Below the pieces are notes generated by a model. The model worked only from the letters and a program-made list of their open reading frames with translations, did not search any database and was not told the DNA's origin. The translations under genes were made by a program, and so were the position numbers. A stretch of 64,000 nt of DNA from Tubulanus polymorphus (taxonomy: Eukaryota; Animalia; Nemertea), in assembly GCF_964204645.1 (NCBI RefSeq), contig NC_134028.1, positions 25,726,345 to 25,790,344 of the forward strand, read 5' to 3'. Positions 46,035 through 58,000 of the stretch are shown one piece after another (position 1 is the first letter of the stretch; each line of letters opens with the position of its first letter).

Positions 46035-49000
46035 CTGGTGTCAGTCATTGATTTGTATACCCTTCTTACAGTCCTAATTGTTAAATTTTCGCCAAATATG
46101 AAAAAATTGCATTAGGTATGACCGTTTTGAAAAATTCTATTTTCGGTATGGAAAATATATGTGAAAATCCCGTGTCTTCGAGTAGTCTTCGCAGTGACGA
46201 AATGTGAAAAAAGTGGAAAATAGCAATGTGAAAATTTCAGAATCTTTCTTCTCATCCATGTGCTACTCAAAGCAGGTTTTAAAGCTTCGTATACGATATA
46301 ATCCCGATACATTTCATAAGTGAAATATTTGGTTAGTGACTGATTGAACGTGTGAATTTCAGTGGATTGTGCAGTTCGATATTGAAATGGTGAAATACTT
46401 TGTGCCTTATATTCCATTCTGACAAAAATATAAGAAATCTTAATGTACTGCACTGGATGTTGAGGTCACCGTCGTTTATGTTTGTAAATAATTACAGGAA
46501 AAACAAAATAAATATTTATCCTGAGAAATTAATAATTCTGTGCTATTAAATCTTCACTACTCGTCGATTTTACTCGTCATGATTTCAAAACTTGGAGTTC
46601 AATAGCGTAGGTCTGGGAGAGATAGCCAAAAGTACTGAGCCCGACTCGTGATGCATGCTGATGTACTGATGGGTATAGAATAGTAGCCAGAGTCTGACTA
46701 ATATTCGCAGTTGCATGCTCGACGGGCACTGTGAATCGATCGGAGCGTCGCATCGCGAGGCGCTGTCGCGTTACTACAACGAGTAGCTGCAATCGATGGA
46801 ATATCCCTTAGTGACGGCGGCGTCAGTACTCAGCTCCAGTGCTGATGCGAGATGATACTGACTTTTGACAGCGATGCAGTAAAAATCATTCTAAAGGTAT
46901 GGCGTTTAGTACCATTTTTCAGTGACGGACCTCAGTCTAGTTGATTTGAGTATAAGATGTTTAACGGCTAGTGTTTACTTAGACAGCGATGTAGTAAAAC
47001 CATTCTAAAGACAAGTAAAGCCCAGGTACCGTACCGTTTCGCACCATTTTCTGTGACAGCTAGCTTGATTAGGTCTTTAGACTTAGTTCATTTCGTACGA
47101 TGCTTAACGAAAATTGTCTAGCATCTAAACCGAGTTTTATTTATTTAATATGGCTATTGTAAAATGATCCCAGTGCAAGAAAATATAAGCGTTTGACCAG
47201 GAAGCATGATAGTCATAATCACCCCCATTCCCAGTGCCGGAAAACTGTGTACCTATTATAGGCGTTTGAGCATGTTGCCAATGTGCATGCTACGGTTAAG
47301 GTTTGGATTGTCATTTTCCAGGCTTGATTTCTTGTTTGCACGAACATTCGTAAATTGTGTTTGGATTATTCACTGGTGATCGTTCCGGTCCTTCGCTAAT
47401 TTTCGCTGGTTTGTGCGACTAATGTGTTAAGATAGATGGAAATAGATTTTAGTTGGAATGTATTCGGGCTTTGAAAATATCCCTTTAAGCTGTATTGGAA
47501 AGTAGGCCTAATGTCGTTAGATTTTTCGTACGATGTCGTTGTGAATTTTCGATTGCATAGTTACCGAGAGAATACGAATATTTATTTACACTCCAACCAT
47601 TTCCATGGTATAAGGAGGTGAGAAATTCAGATTTAGTGCTGCCATCTCGATTGACTGGTTGGACTCCTTACTAAAGAAAGCCTCTATAAGTCTCGCTATA
47701 ATAATAGAATTCAAACAATTGTACGTGAAATACCGGTCGGCCTCGTTGAGCTATGGGCTATGAATACAACATCGCAAATTGAGAACGTCTCTAAGTGCTT
47801 CATAACACATTACGACCATAGTTGACAACTTTTAGACTCTCGAAGTCTTACTTGTTGGGGTTACATAAGGTTAGTGTTCTTATAGGCCATACTATACCGT
47901 ATATTTTCCAATATTAGTTCGGCCTGACAAGGCATTATAGGCATGATTTCCAAGAGCAAACATATCCAAGATCTGTACCGGTACACAATGATACTTTCCT
48001 GATACTTCATGGACAACTTGATGTACGGTATATGTTTTTGAATCAACGACTGTATATGAATTACCTCGTGAAGATTAATACAGTAATAACTAAGTTGATT
48101 ATCAATAAGCTGGCCGATAAATTTGGAACACTGCTAGGCTGGTTGACAGCTTGCGAATTTCGAAAATTGCCATTTTCAAAGGCGTCAGCTGGTGTCGAAG
48201 AAGATCACTCCAGTTTCGGAGTAACAATTATCAAGAGTTGATTCCCGATATTATCAATCCTGAATCGAATTCATGTGGCACCACATTTGCCGGTATTGTA
48301 GCCTGAACCTTGGAGTAATCAATGATTACTCCAAGCCTGAACGATGCCAGGGAGGCGAGTACCGGTATATCGTTTATAGAATATACTTTGTTTTTAAAGT
48401 GAGTATTACGGTGAGTGCAGTGGAGCACGTATTGAGCGTTGGCCATCGTGAGTCCTGTTAAACGCATGCACACGGTCAGTTTCGCACGGTGCGCTTAGTA
48501 CACGTAGGCCTCCGTTTATTTCGTATAGAATATCACAGATCGTGACTAATAGCTCATCGCAAAAACTGAATAGACTAAATCTTAATGAAAAACGTAGGCA
48601 ATTGTTAAGACGGGAAAGATAGTTTTGGCAATTTGGGTAACAGTCATGAGCATAATTTGATGCTACTAAAATTTTTATTTGTCACCATTATTAACGCGCT
48701 GAAGGGCGTCACCTGGAAAGGGCGAGCGCGTACATCAGAATACACATAAATATTAGATTTAAAGTCAATACATTCAGTGATGCGTTAAGTTAATGATGTT
48801 TCACAAAGAACCTCATATTGTGTCTGTTGTACCACAGACACTAAGACACGAACGACACGGTGAATTTTCAATCGTATGAAGATCATATCGTCAAAATGAT
48901 ATAACGAACAAACATAAAATGTGATATGGTCGGTGTAGATAGTTTATTTATCAAAATCATTTTTTTTTTGAGCTGAGATCGCATTTCAAAAGAGTATATG

Positions 49001-49051
49001 GTGAGTGTATGGTGTCTAGGTCGACTGATGCGGAACTTAACCTGGAAATTA

Positions 49052-50066
49052 CAGGGTGTCCCATTAATTACTATACATAAAGAACTGCCTGTCATTTTCA
49101 AACCGCTTGTGATATATCAGCCAAATCTCCAGGATAGATGGATTACAATAATACTTTTCACCACAAAAAAATTACTTTACTAAAATCCAATTAGTTTACA
49201 AAATATACTAGATGAGAGAAGCTGTCAATTTTATCACATGATTCAGTCTATTGTTGAAATTTCTCTGTACGTTGCCAATCATCTGTGTTATTGCAGACGT
49301 TTCTCTTTAAATCATCAATAGTTTTTGGTTTGTTTTAGTACACTGTGTCCTTCAGCAGTAGCCCCACAAGTAAAAGTCCAGTGGATTTAGGTCAGGCGAG
49401 TATGGGGCCCAGTAGCACAGTTTGCAGCGCTGAGATACTGTGACCAAAATGCCTATGCAGAACATCAATTGTTTTGCGTGCTGTAAAACATTGCACACCA
49501 TTCTGTTGGAACCACACTGGATTGAGACTTCCTCTAGACATCTACACAGTTTTGTAATGGAGTACTGAATCGGCATCGTATGATAGCCGGCTCTATTCAT
49601 AGTCACCATTTCCTTTTTTGTCAAAAAGTGTGGCCCGATTATAGGCCCATTGGATGACCTACTGTATGGCAAATCAAAAGATCACACCTAGTAGACAACA
49701 GACAGCTCACTTGATGACATCAAGTGGCTTCTCTGCAATCAGATAGGGATTTTTAACTCCAAAATCTGTGATTCAGACTGACAGAAAGATTTGGTTTCCT
49801 AAAAAAACAGCATACAGTCTAGGCTTTTTGTTTCATTGACATACACATGATTTAAAAGTGATCTTTTCTAAATCGAAATTACACAAAATCCCTACAACAA
49901 TGTAATCAGTTGCTAGGAAATCACTAAGCAAATTACCATAGCAACCATGATAATAATCAAAAAGTACCGTTACATTCTATCCTTTGGTGGAAAATCGAAA
50001 CATTTCATTGAGAAATGTGGAGGATACAGGCAGTTCTTTATGTATAGTAATTAATGGGACACCCTG
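49052..50066 (-). mobile_element. Internally deleted Tc1/mariner-superfamily transposon with transposase remnant
   Basis: Perfect 41-bp TIRs CAGGGTGTCCCATTAATTACTATACATAAAGAACTGCCTGT flanked by TA on both sides. The minus strand encodes WAPYSPDLNPLDFYLWGY (catalytic-domain motif, maT/rosa-like) within broken frames. Confidence 0.9.
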
Positions 50067-50140
50067 TATCATGTTATTTAGAATTTTAATGTCTTTCAGG
50101 CCGTGCCGAGCGATTGAAAGGCTCGGGCACAATCTGCATT

Positions 50141-51331
50141 ATGGAACATTCAGCGGCGAAGAAATTGTGGGCGCCGTGTCGGTTAGTCTCCAAGTTCGGA
50201 GTGTTAGCCGTTGTATTTCTGAGTTTAATGTGTGGATTTTATATAATGTTTATGATGGGTTACGTGTCGGCGTCTCGCCTACCGTCTGCGCGATTCGCAG
50301 TTCAAAACATGTCCGTAGTGAAACGCATTTTAGGATACGATGCGTCGACGATCGACCAACAGAAATCGAGAGTGCAACCGAAAAGCACAAGTTCGATCGC
50401 AACGACGATAAAGAACTCGGCGAAAAATACGACCGTGAAAATGTCGGCGCATTCTTCGACAAAACCAACTCCGAAGCCGAAACCGAAAACTCCTCAGAAG
50501 CCCGCTTACCGCCAGGAAACTTGTACGAATTGTAACTTACATAATTTCAATCTAATCATTAACGAACCAAATATATGCGCCACTGGGGACGTGGACTTAT
50601 TGCTGATTATTCTGACTTCGTTTTCGAAACGCGCTCAAAGAGACGCCATTCGCGAGACTTGGGCAAGCCCATCGAAAGGTAATATGGCGAACGTGCGTCA
50701 CGTATTCTTATTTGGATCGGGAAAACCAGCCGACAATCAATTAGTGAAACAAGAAAGTTTGCAATTTCACGATATATTACAAGAGGATTTCGTTGATAGC
50801 TATTCGAACCTCACGTATAAAACGAACATGGGTTTGAAATGGGCGACCAGCTTTTGCGAAAAGGCTAGATATATATTGAAAATAGACGATGATATGTGGG
50901 CGAACACTCCTAAATTAGTATCAAAAATAAAATCCGGGGAAATGGATAAATTAATCAAAGATCGAGGGTACGGCGGTCTGTGTGTTGGACCCGGAGGCCC
51001 GATTCGTGACAAACGATCAAAATGGTATGCGTCGGTACGATCGTACCCGTCAAACGTTTACCCGCGCTTCTGTACCGGTCCCGGTTATATCATATCGACC
51101 AAAGTCGCCAAGGAAGTCGTGAGCGTGGCTAAAAACGTACCGTTTTTTCACTTAGAAGACATTTTCATGGCTATATGTATTAAAAAACTCGGGTATACGG
51201 CGCGGTCGCTCGCCGGTTTTCATAATTCCAAAGTTCGTTTCGATGCGTGCCATTACAAACGAACGGTGATGACGTCACACCAAGTTACCCCTGCGGAGCT
51301 GAGAACGGCGTGGAATGCATGGTGCATGTAA
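50141..51331 (+). CDS. Beta-1,3-galactosyltransferase (GT31, B3GALT1/5-like), 396 aa, single coding exon
   Basis: Type II membrane anchor and K/P/T-rich stem; motifs RDAIRETW, DILQEDFVDSYSNLTYKT, KIDDD, YPRFCTGPGY and EDIF. Acceptor at 50098-50099 precedes ATG 50141. Confidence 0.92.
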   Translation: MEHSAAKKLWAPCRLVSKFGVLAVVFLSLMCGFYIMFMMGYVSASRLPSARFAVQNMSVVKRILGYDASTIDQQKSRVQPKSTSSIATTIKNSAKNTTVKMSAHSSTKPTPKPKPKTPQKPAYRQETCTNCNLHNFNLIINEPNICATGDVDLLLIILTSFSKRAQRDAIRETWASPSKGNMANVRHVFLFGSGKPADNQLVKQESLQFHDILQEDFVDSYSNLTYKTNMGLKWATSFCEKARYILKIDDDMWANTPKLVSKIKSGEMDKLIKDRGYGGLCVGPGGPIRDKRSKWYASVRSYPSNVYPRFCTGPGYIISTKVAKEVVSVAKNVPFFHLEDIFMAICIKKLGYTARSLAGFHNSKVRFDACHYKRTVMTSHQVTPAELRTAWNAWCM

Positions 51332-52680
51332 TCTAGAAAAAGTGTATTTTTTTTGTCTGAGATCTATTTTTGGGATATTTTCTTAATCTTTTGAACACAT
51401 TTATTAAATACCTTAATTTGGTCGTCATATGACCAGTGAAACTGAACAGTCTGAATTAACCATTGTTTTTATATCAATTTTACACTATTGCTAAAATTCT
51501 ATTACCGCAAGACCAATTAGAGGTATGTGTTCAAAAGACTAAGAGAAATAGCCCAAAAAATCGATCCCAGACGAAAATGAATAAACGGATAATTGCTCGT
51601 AGATATAATCAAATCGAAATATTTCTTTTTCGTGAAAATGATGTCCGTCTATGATTGGATTGAATTTTGTACGATTGTGCAATGGAGTCATTTTAATTTA
51701 AGAGAATTGGCGGTTGATGGATTTCAAGCTGTAGTTAAAATGTACAGTGGATGTTTTTAAAGGCCAACACGACCAGGTTGGTTTAATAATATTTTTTACT
51801 AAATGTCATCTTTTGGTTACTATCTCATGCTTAATCGTGATACAGGATTGTAAAACTGAATTTCATGTTTCATAGAATATTTATTTTCTTCACACGCATA
51901 TAGGAGGTGGTTTGATCTCATTGAGTTAATGAACTTTATTTCACCGTATTGAATTGATCTGAATTAGTCATTAGTGATAGGTTTATTTTGTTTCTAATTA
52001 AATGACAAATAATGCAGCCTTTAAGGTATCAGTATTACTTAAACTGGTGGAAATGGCACTCGGAGATGTGGGGAATAGATAATAAGATTAAAACCCACTT
52101 TATTATTTGTACAAATTTTAAAGATTAAAAACTAAGACGGTCACAAGAAAGAGTCCGATTTGTCTTAATTTCAATTCTTGCAATTAAATATGTCTTTGAA
52201 TTTGTACATAATAATGGGTATTGATCTTATTATTCCGACAGTCTGTTGTTTATAGAATGTTCCTTTTGATTTTTTTCAATGCATTTCTTTCCCGTGTATT
52301 TTGTACTTACTGCGCTATTGCATGGTAGTGAAATAGAAAGCTCGGTATATTATATTTTGGATTTCGTCAAGCTGACTTTGAGTTTAATTAGACCCGTGAT
52401 AACGAATCGATAAGGCATTTCCTCTAGAAAAATGCTTGACATAATTTGTAGCATGCGCCATTTGAATTGTCGGTCGTTTTAATATATCGATTAAATGAAT
52501 GAATATGACGATATACGTTCTTCTTTTACCTAAGCCTATGTGTGAACAAATTCGATTAAAATTCTACATGTTTGTGCAATTACGATCGGGGGAATGTAGT
52601 GAGCAAATATATTCAGCTGTTTTGCGAAAATCATGTTCGACCTCACGTGAACAATGAATTCGATGAACACGTGGCCGTAC

Positions 52681-52893
52681 TACGGAAGCCCCTAGGTGAC
52701 ATATGAGAAAATTTTTTCACAATTTTGACTTATTAAGTCGAATTTCGACATAATAAGTCGAATTTCGAGTTTTGATTTTCATGTCGAATTTCGACTTAAT
52801 TTACACGAAATTCGACTTATTATGTCGAAATTCGACTTAATAAGTCGAAATTATGAAAAAAATTATCTCATACGTCACCTAGGGGCTTCCGTA
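52681..52893. mobile_element. Foldback MITE (TACGGAAGCCC...GGGCTTCCGTA) with ~85-bp arms
   Basis: The two halves are near-complementary, with internal AAGTCGAATTTCGAC repeats; lies in the presumed GT31 3'UTR. Confidence 0.85.
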
Positions 52894-53950
52894 CCAACCA
52901 GTCGTTCTTGTTGAAATAAATATCTACGGTCTCCCAACGTTATATGATCGAACTAATCTTCACACTTTCAGTATTTTCTATCTGCATTAATTTAACGCCA
53001 AAGAATATTTGTATTCAAACATCTACCCGATTGGGAAGGATGATTCATAATCTGTGAATGTTAATGCTTATTAGTTGTTACCAGAACTATAGATTGAAAT
53101 AAGTATTGCTAAAAATGTCAACTGTAAATTTTACTGTAAAATGTGTATGTATTATCAGGTAGATGCGAGGACCCTGCCTGGTTGACTATTCTTGAATGAT
53201 AACTCTCGGAATCATGACGACAATTTCTTCGAATAAATGGTTATTGTATGTTGAATGACGATTCTATTCGTTTTGAGTTGATTGGATTTTGTCGATCATT
53301 TTTTAAATTTTGGTAGGTTGCAGAGTCACTACCAACCCATCATCACAGTTCGTTGGGATGCCCATCTAGGGTGGTGTGTGGATGGCGTCAGTGGACAGCT
53401 TGGAGAAATCTTGATTATTAGGGACAGCCTTGGAACTTCTCGGGTGATGGTGATGAGTTCGGCCGAGTGATTAGAAAGATTTGAGCCCGAGGCCAAAAAT
53501 CGGCGGGAGCTAGAACTGTAGCGGATGCGAAACCCGTCCACACACACACTCGACAGCCACGCTGCCCAAGGAGCTAATGTTCGTTTCAATGAACTTAGAA
53601 TAGAAGAATGATCCCAACCGAAAATGATTGTACAAGTATGGGCTGAGAATCAAGTACCTCAAAAATTAAAAAGACAAGAAAATCGTTCAATGAGATTTTA
53701 TATGTACACTGAAAAATAAACTGATACAAAATGCAATGTGAAGAATAGATCTCAATATAAAATCATGTCAATCAGTTAATGCATTAAAATACAAAAAAGT
53801 TCATATATTCAATTTTTGACATTTGCAAATTCACAAGGAAAGGTCTGACAGTGTCACGAAAATGCGCATGGCACCGATCGGCCACGGTCTGTGAACTCAG
53901 TAGTTTCACTTTAACAAGCTCAAGCCACCAGGAGATACATCGAGGAATCA

Positions 53951-54412
53951 TCAAGCCGTCCATTTCAAACATCTCGTATCTTGATGAGTCGTTAGACATT
54001 TCACACAACAATACCGTGTACCGCATTGAACGCACGTATAATTCGACGGAAATCCGCAAACGGCGCAGAAATTGCGTTCAGGGAACGTGGAACTCGATGC
54101 CATGGCCGTGAAGAAATTTGGTGGTTCACGTTGATTCATTTGTTCTTCTTCTACTAACGCTGCAAAACTTCGTTTCATCCGGTATTTCATGTAATCGCTT
54201 CCTTTTTTACGTTTTTTTTTCGAAGTTTCCATCGACTCTTCGAACTTCGGCGCCCTTTTGCTCATTTTTAAATCAGCGTGCGGATCGTCCTGGTAATTGT
54301 CTTGATCTAAAGCTTCCAGCGCTTTTTTCATCCTCCGTCGGCGGGCGGCGACATCCAGAACTCGACGAGCTTGAACGTCTTTGATTCGTCCCGATTGCCT
54401 CTGATCCGTCAT
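53951..54412 (-). CDS. ZNHIT1: Zinc finger HIT domain protein 1 (SRCAP/SWR1 subunit, Vps71), 153 aa
   Basis: Motifs LEALDQDNYQDDPHA and FCAVCGFPSNYTCVQCGTRYCCVKCLTTHQDTRCLKWTA; acceptor 6 nt before the ATG and 5'UTR donor at ~54583. Confidence 0.97.
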   Translation of the reverse strand: MTDQRQSGRIKDVQARRVLDVAARRRRMKKALEALDQDNYQDDPHADLKMSKRAPKFEESMETSKKKRKKGSDYMKYRMKRSFAALVEEEQMNQREPPNFFTAMASSSTFPERNFCAVCGFPSNYTCVQCGTRYCCVKCLTTHQDTRCLKWTA

Positions 54413-55020
54413 TATTCTCTACAAAAAAGGACGTCAAAATTAAAAAGGAGATTTAGGCTAGAAAAGATCTTTATTTTACATAGCAAATGTAGTGGCACCT
54501 TTCTCCCTTACAGCGCCTCACTGTCATCAGCTGTGAGTGAAAATATATTTGCCGATTCAACTAAGTAAATAAGAAATAAATACCTTGTCAAATTTTTTTC
54601 TACGTGATGCAATATATTTTAATTGAATTGAATTTCCGCGCCCTCTGTGTTCAAGTCGTGGAACTAGACTAGCTCTGCACAATAAATCGTAATTGAATTG
54701 GTAAAATCTGTACTCAAAATGCACGCTGAAAGCGATGTCAATGGATTGCTTCTTTATGATTTTGAAAATAAATCAACAGAAAAATAGTGAATTAATTCCA
54801 GCTTCTATTCAAAAGTTTAAGTCAATGAAGTCGAAAGCGCAAGCGCGTGTTGGCCAGTGACGTCGATGACGCTCGGGCACTCGCTCGCGTCTTGGATCTA
54901 GCAACTACCGTCAAAATGTCAACAAAGTGTAAAATCGAGCACATGTTTCTCGAGGAGGAGCGGGGAACATGAATGAAAGCACCCTCCTTCAGTTGATTAT
55001 TAGGATTTAACGAGCTGACA

Positions 55021-58000
55021 ATGGCCCAGAGCTGCTGTGAAAATTACGACGAAATCGACTCGGATGTGGTTGAAGAGAGATTTCGCGTTGACAGGAGGAA
55101 ACTGGAGCTGATGTTGCTTCAAGGTTGGTGACTTTAACACATCGTCATCATCTCTGATCATCATTCAAATTTAAATTACAATTGTCTTTATTTAACAGTT
55201 TAAATGTTTTCTTACTACTTTCTGTTCTTTATGTGTCATCCGTATATGATTTTAAGACGAACCTTTTCATTATAGAATGAACCTTTTATCATTTAAATAT
55301 AATTATATTTAAATGATAAAAGTTTCATTCTATAGGCCTATAGAAGATTTAATTTTTTTGAAATGAGTCACTCGGGCTTGAAGCTTATCATCAATGCGTA
55401 ACCTTCGTTGCAGTCACAAACTTATCTCACTTCCCTTTTGGAATTCTTTATCCATTCAAATCTTTTCACAATAAATTCCAAACCGAAAGCTTTCTAAGTG
55501 TTCTGTTTGCTGTTGGGGCTAAGCTAACAGTACTGAGTATTTTACCAAATGTTTACATTGTTAATTTATCCAAAGCATTTTCTTGATACTTCGCTTTTAA
55601 GCGTGTGTTTGTTTTAGCGAGAAATTCTGAACTGCTGTTAAATGTATTTAGTTGTCTTTGTTCTTTTGATATAAAAGATGAAGCCCGCTATGGAGTGAAG
55701 CTAGTTGGTGGTCTCTGACATTCCTAGTCTGTTGTGTAGGCTATCGGATTTAATTAGGTTTTTGTTGAGGCTCCAATGTGGTTACATGATCAAATGTTTT
55801 GTATTGTTTATAGCGGATGATATGCTTGTTATATCATTAGATTAAGAATTATCTGATTCCTCGATAAGCTAAATAAGGCAGTATTACGTTTCTTTAGGCA
55901 GAGAATTTGTTTTAGGCTTTCAGCTGGGGTCAGATTGATGTGAAAATTTGTTGTGTCAAAGTTTATGAAATTCTATTTCTACATGCCTATGTTAACACTT
56001 AATTAATTAATGAAAATGTGATTAATCCTGGTGTTTTGTTATGAATAAAATGTTAGAATCCTGAGTTCATCCTGCTTTTAGTGAGGATGATTAACTTGAT
56101 TCAGGTCATCACAATTTCAAGGCCAAGTTTATTTTAAGGAAGTGAAGATAATGTTATGAAATACATTCTTTAAAAGTCATGATTTCTTTTTTTGTGTTTG
56201 CCCGAAATTAAGAAAAATAGTTCAGAAATAATGAATAACAATATCTCAAAGACTTCTGAATGACAGCTTCGAAAGCTTAACTCCCGGTTTTGGCACTATT
56301 GATGCCTTAAGTGTGGAAGTGCCGACATTCTTTCTGAAATTACCTGACAAGGAAGGCAACCTATATCGAATTCCGAGACTAAGTTATTCATAACATTGCC
56401 GTAGTTCCTTACTGCCCTGTTTATTTGCTAAGTTTGTGTGTTAGCTTATAAAAGATAGATTCCGTTCATATTTGATCAGTATTTAGGTATTAAATTTCGA
56501 AATTCATTCAATTATCAAACTGAAAGCCTCGTCTAATAGTGAGGTTTTGTGACTGGTTTAGAGAGACCAGGGGCACCTTCCTCAAGACACAATCGACTTC
56601 ACGTTCTTTCTTTTGTTACCAATTTGACTTTCTCTTGAAAACAATAAAAGCAACCGTTATGTGAAATTCATGAGTTTACACAAAATAATGATGTAGATAT
56701 TTTTCCTATATAGATTCCATCAGTTTACCATTTTTCATTTACCTGTAAAATTTCAGGGCAGATTTATATTTTTAGGAGGGGTACGCCACCCTGCACCCTC
56801 CCCTTGGAACACGTTTCCGACAATTAGGAAGAGCAGTAAATTAAAAGATTTCAAATACTTCATCCATTATCTCAATCAATTGAAATTTCAAGCCCAGGGT
56901 TGCTGTAAAACTATTTGACTATTTCATTCATAAATAATTCTGTATTGTTCAAGGGGGGGGATTTTTATTTACATTTGCACAAAAACCTGTTTTCACTCCT
57001 ATGATAATGAATATTATAAACCAGTGATCTATGAATGATAATTGGCCATTATTAATATGAATGCTTCATTGTTTGTATAATGGCCACACCCTGGTCTGAA
57101 AATAAACCTTTTCAGTACGAATAGAAGGGTCTAGTTCCTGGTCGTACGAATTCATTCATGAAAATGCCGGAAACATATCATTTTTCATCCGTTTTGTGAA
57201 AAGACTTTGTCGTTGAATTTTTTCCTTTTTGCTTTCGATTGTCCCGAATTTCGACAATAGGCGCAAAAATGATTGTCAGCGAGTATTGTTCACTTGTGAA
57301 GTATATATTTTGCTAGCGGACAATAGGTTTTCTATGTATATAATACCAGTTCAGTCGAGTAACCTTTTACGACGTTTGCGATCGAACCACAATGAACGGA
57401 ATGTTATTTAGTTGAAGAAGTACTGATTTTGGTATTTTGATCTCAGTTTGTTTTGTTTGGCTCAATGCGTTTATCCTGTAGACCGAGATAAGAATATTAT
57501 TTATCAGAGCTGTTTTTTTCCGTTATATGATATTAATGTTTGTCTTGTTGTTAATGGCATCGTGTACATGACCTCGTTTATCCACTTTTACTTTTTAAAA
57601 AAACATCAAAAAATCTGGCTGGTGCACTGATATTCATCTCTGTATTTCAGAGATAATGAGCAAAACCCATAGTTGATGATTTAACAATTTGTTCCGCAGT
57701 TTTAAAGTCCACAAGTTCACGTTGCCCATTTGTTCAAACCTGTTGATTATTGAAATTGTAGATTCCCAGACTCCGTGGTCTGGAACTGTTGAATCTGGAA
57801 AATTAATCAAGATAAAACACTGCCGGTTTTAGTTTTGGGTAGATAAGCTTTTACTTCTCTAGACCTGTCATTACCAGTGATTAGTTTTTTCCCTGAGAGA
57901 TTGATACAAAGATATTCATGATTTATTAGCGTTCAGATGATTTTCTGCTGCCATGCGGTCATTGATTTCTATGGGAACCAGTTTCCAGAATGTGGTGATG

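Noticed and set aside
47861-48473. Cluster of short ORFs upstream of GT31
   Set aside because: No recognisable motif or consistent exon chain.
53837-53850. RNase P CR-I-like GGAAAGGTCTGA
   Set aside because: No downstream CR-V partner (TTCAGAC), and the RNA would run antisense through the ZNHIT1 CDS.
54970-54996. Selenocysteine recoding of in-frame TGAs upstream of BICC1
   Set aside because: The upstream peptide shows no Bic-C similarity I can recognise and the 3'UTR (SECIS) is outside the window; uORFs are the simpler explanation.
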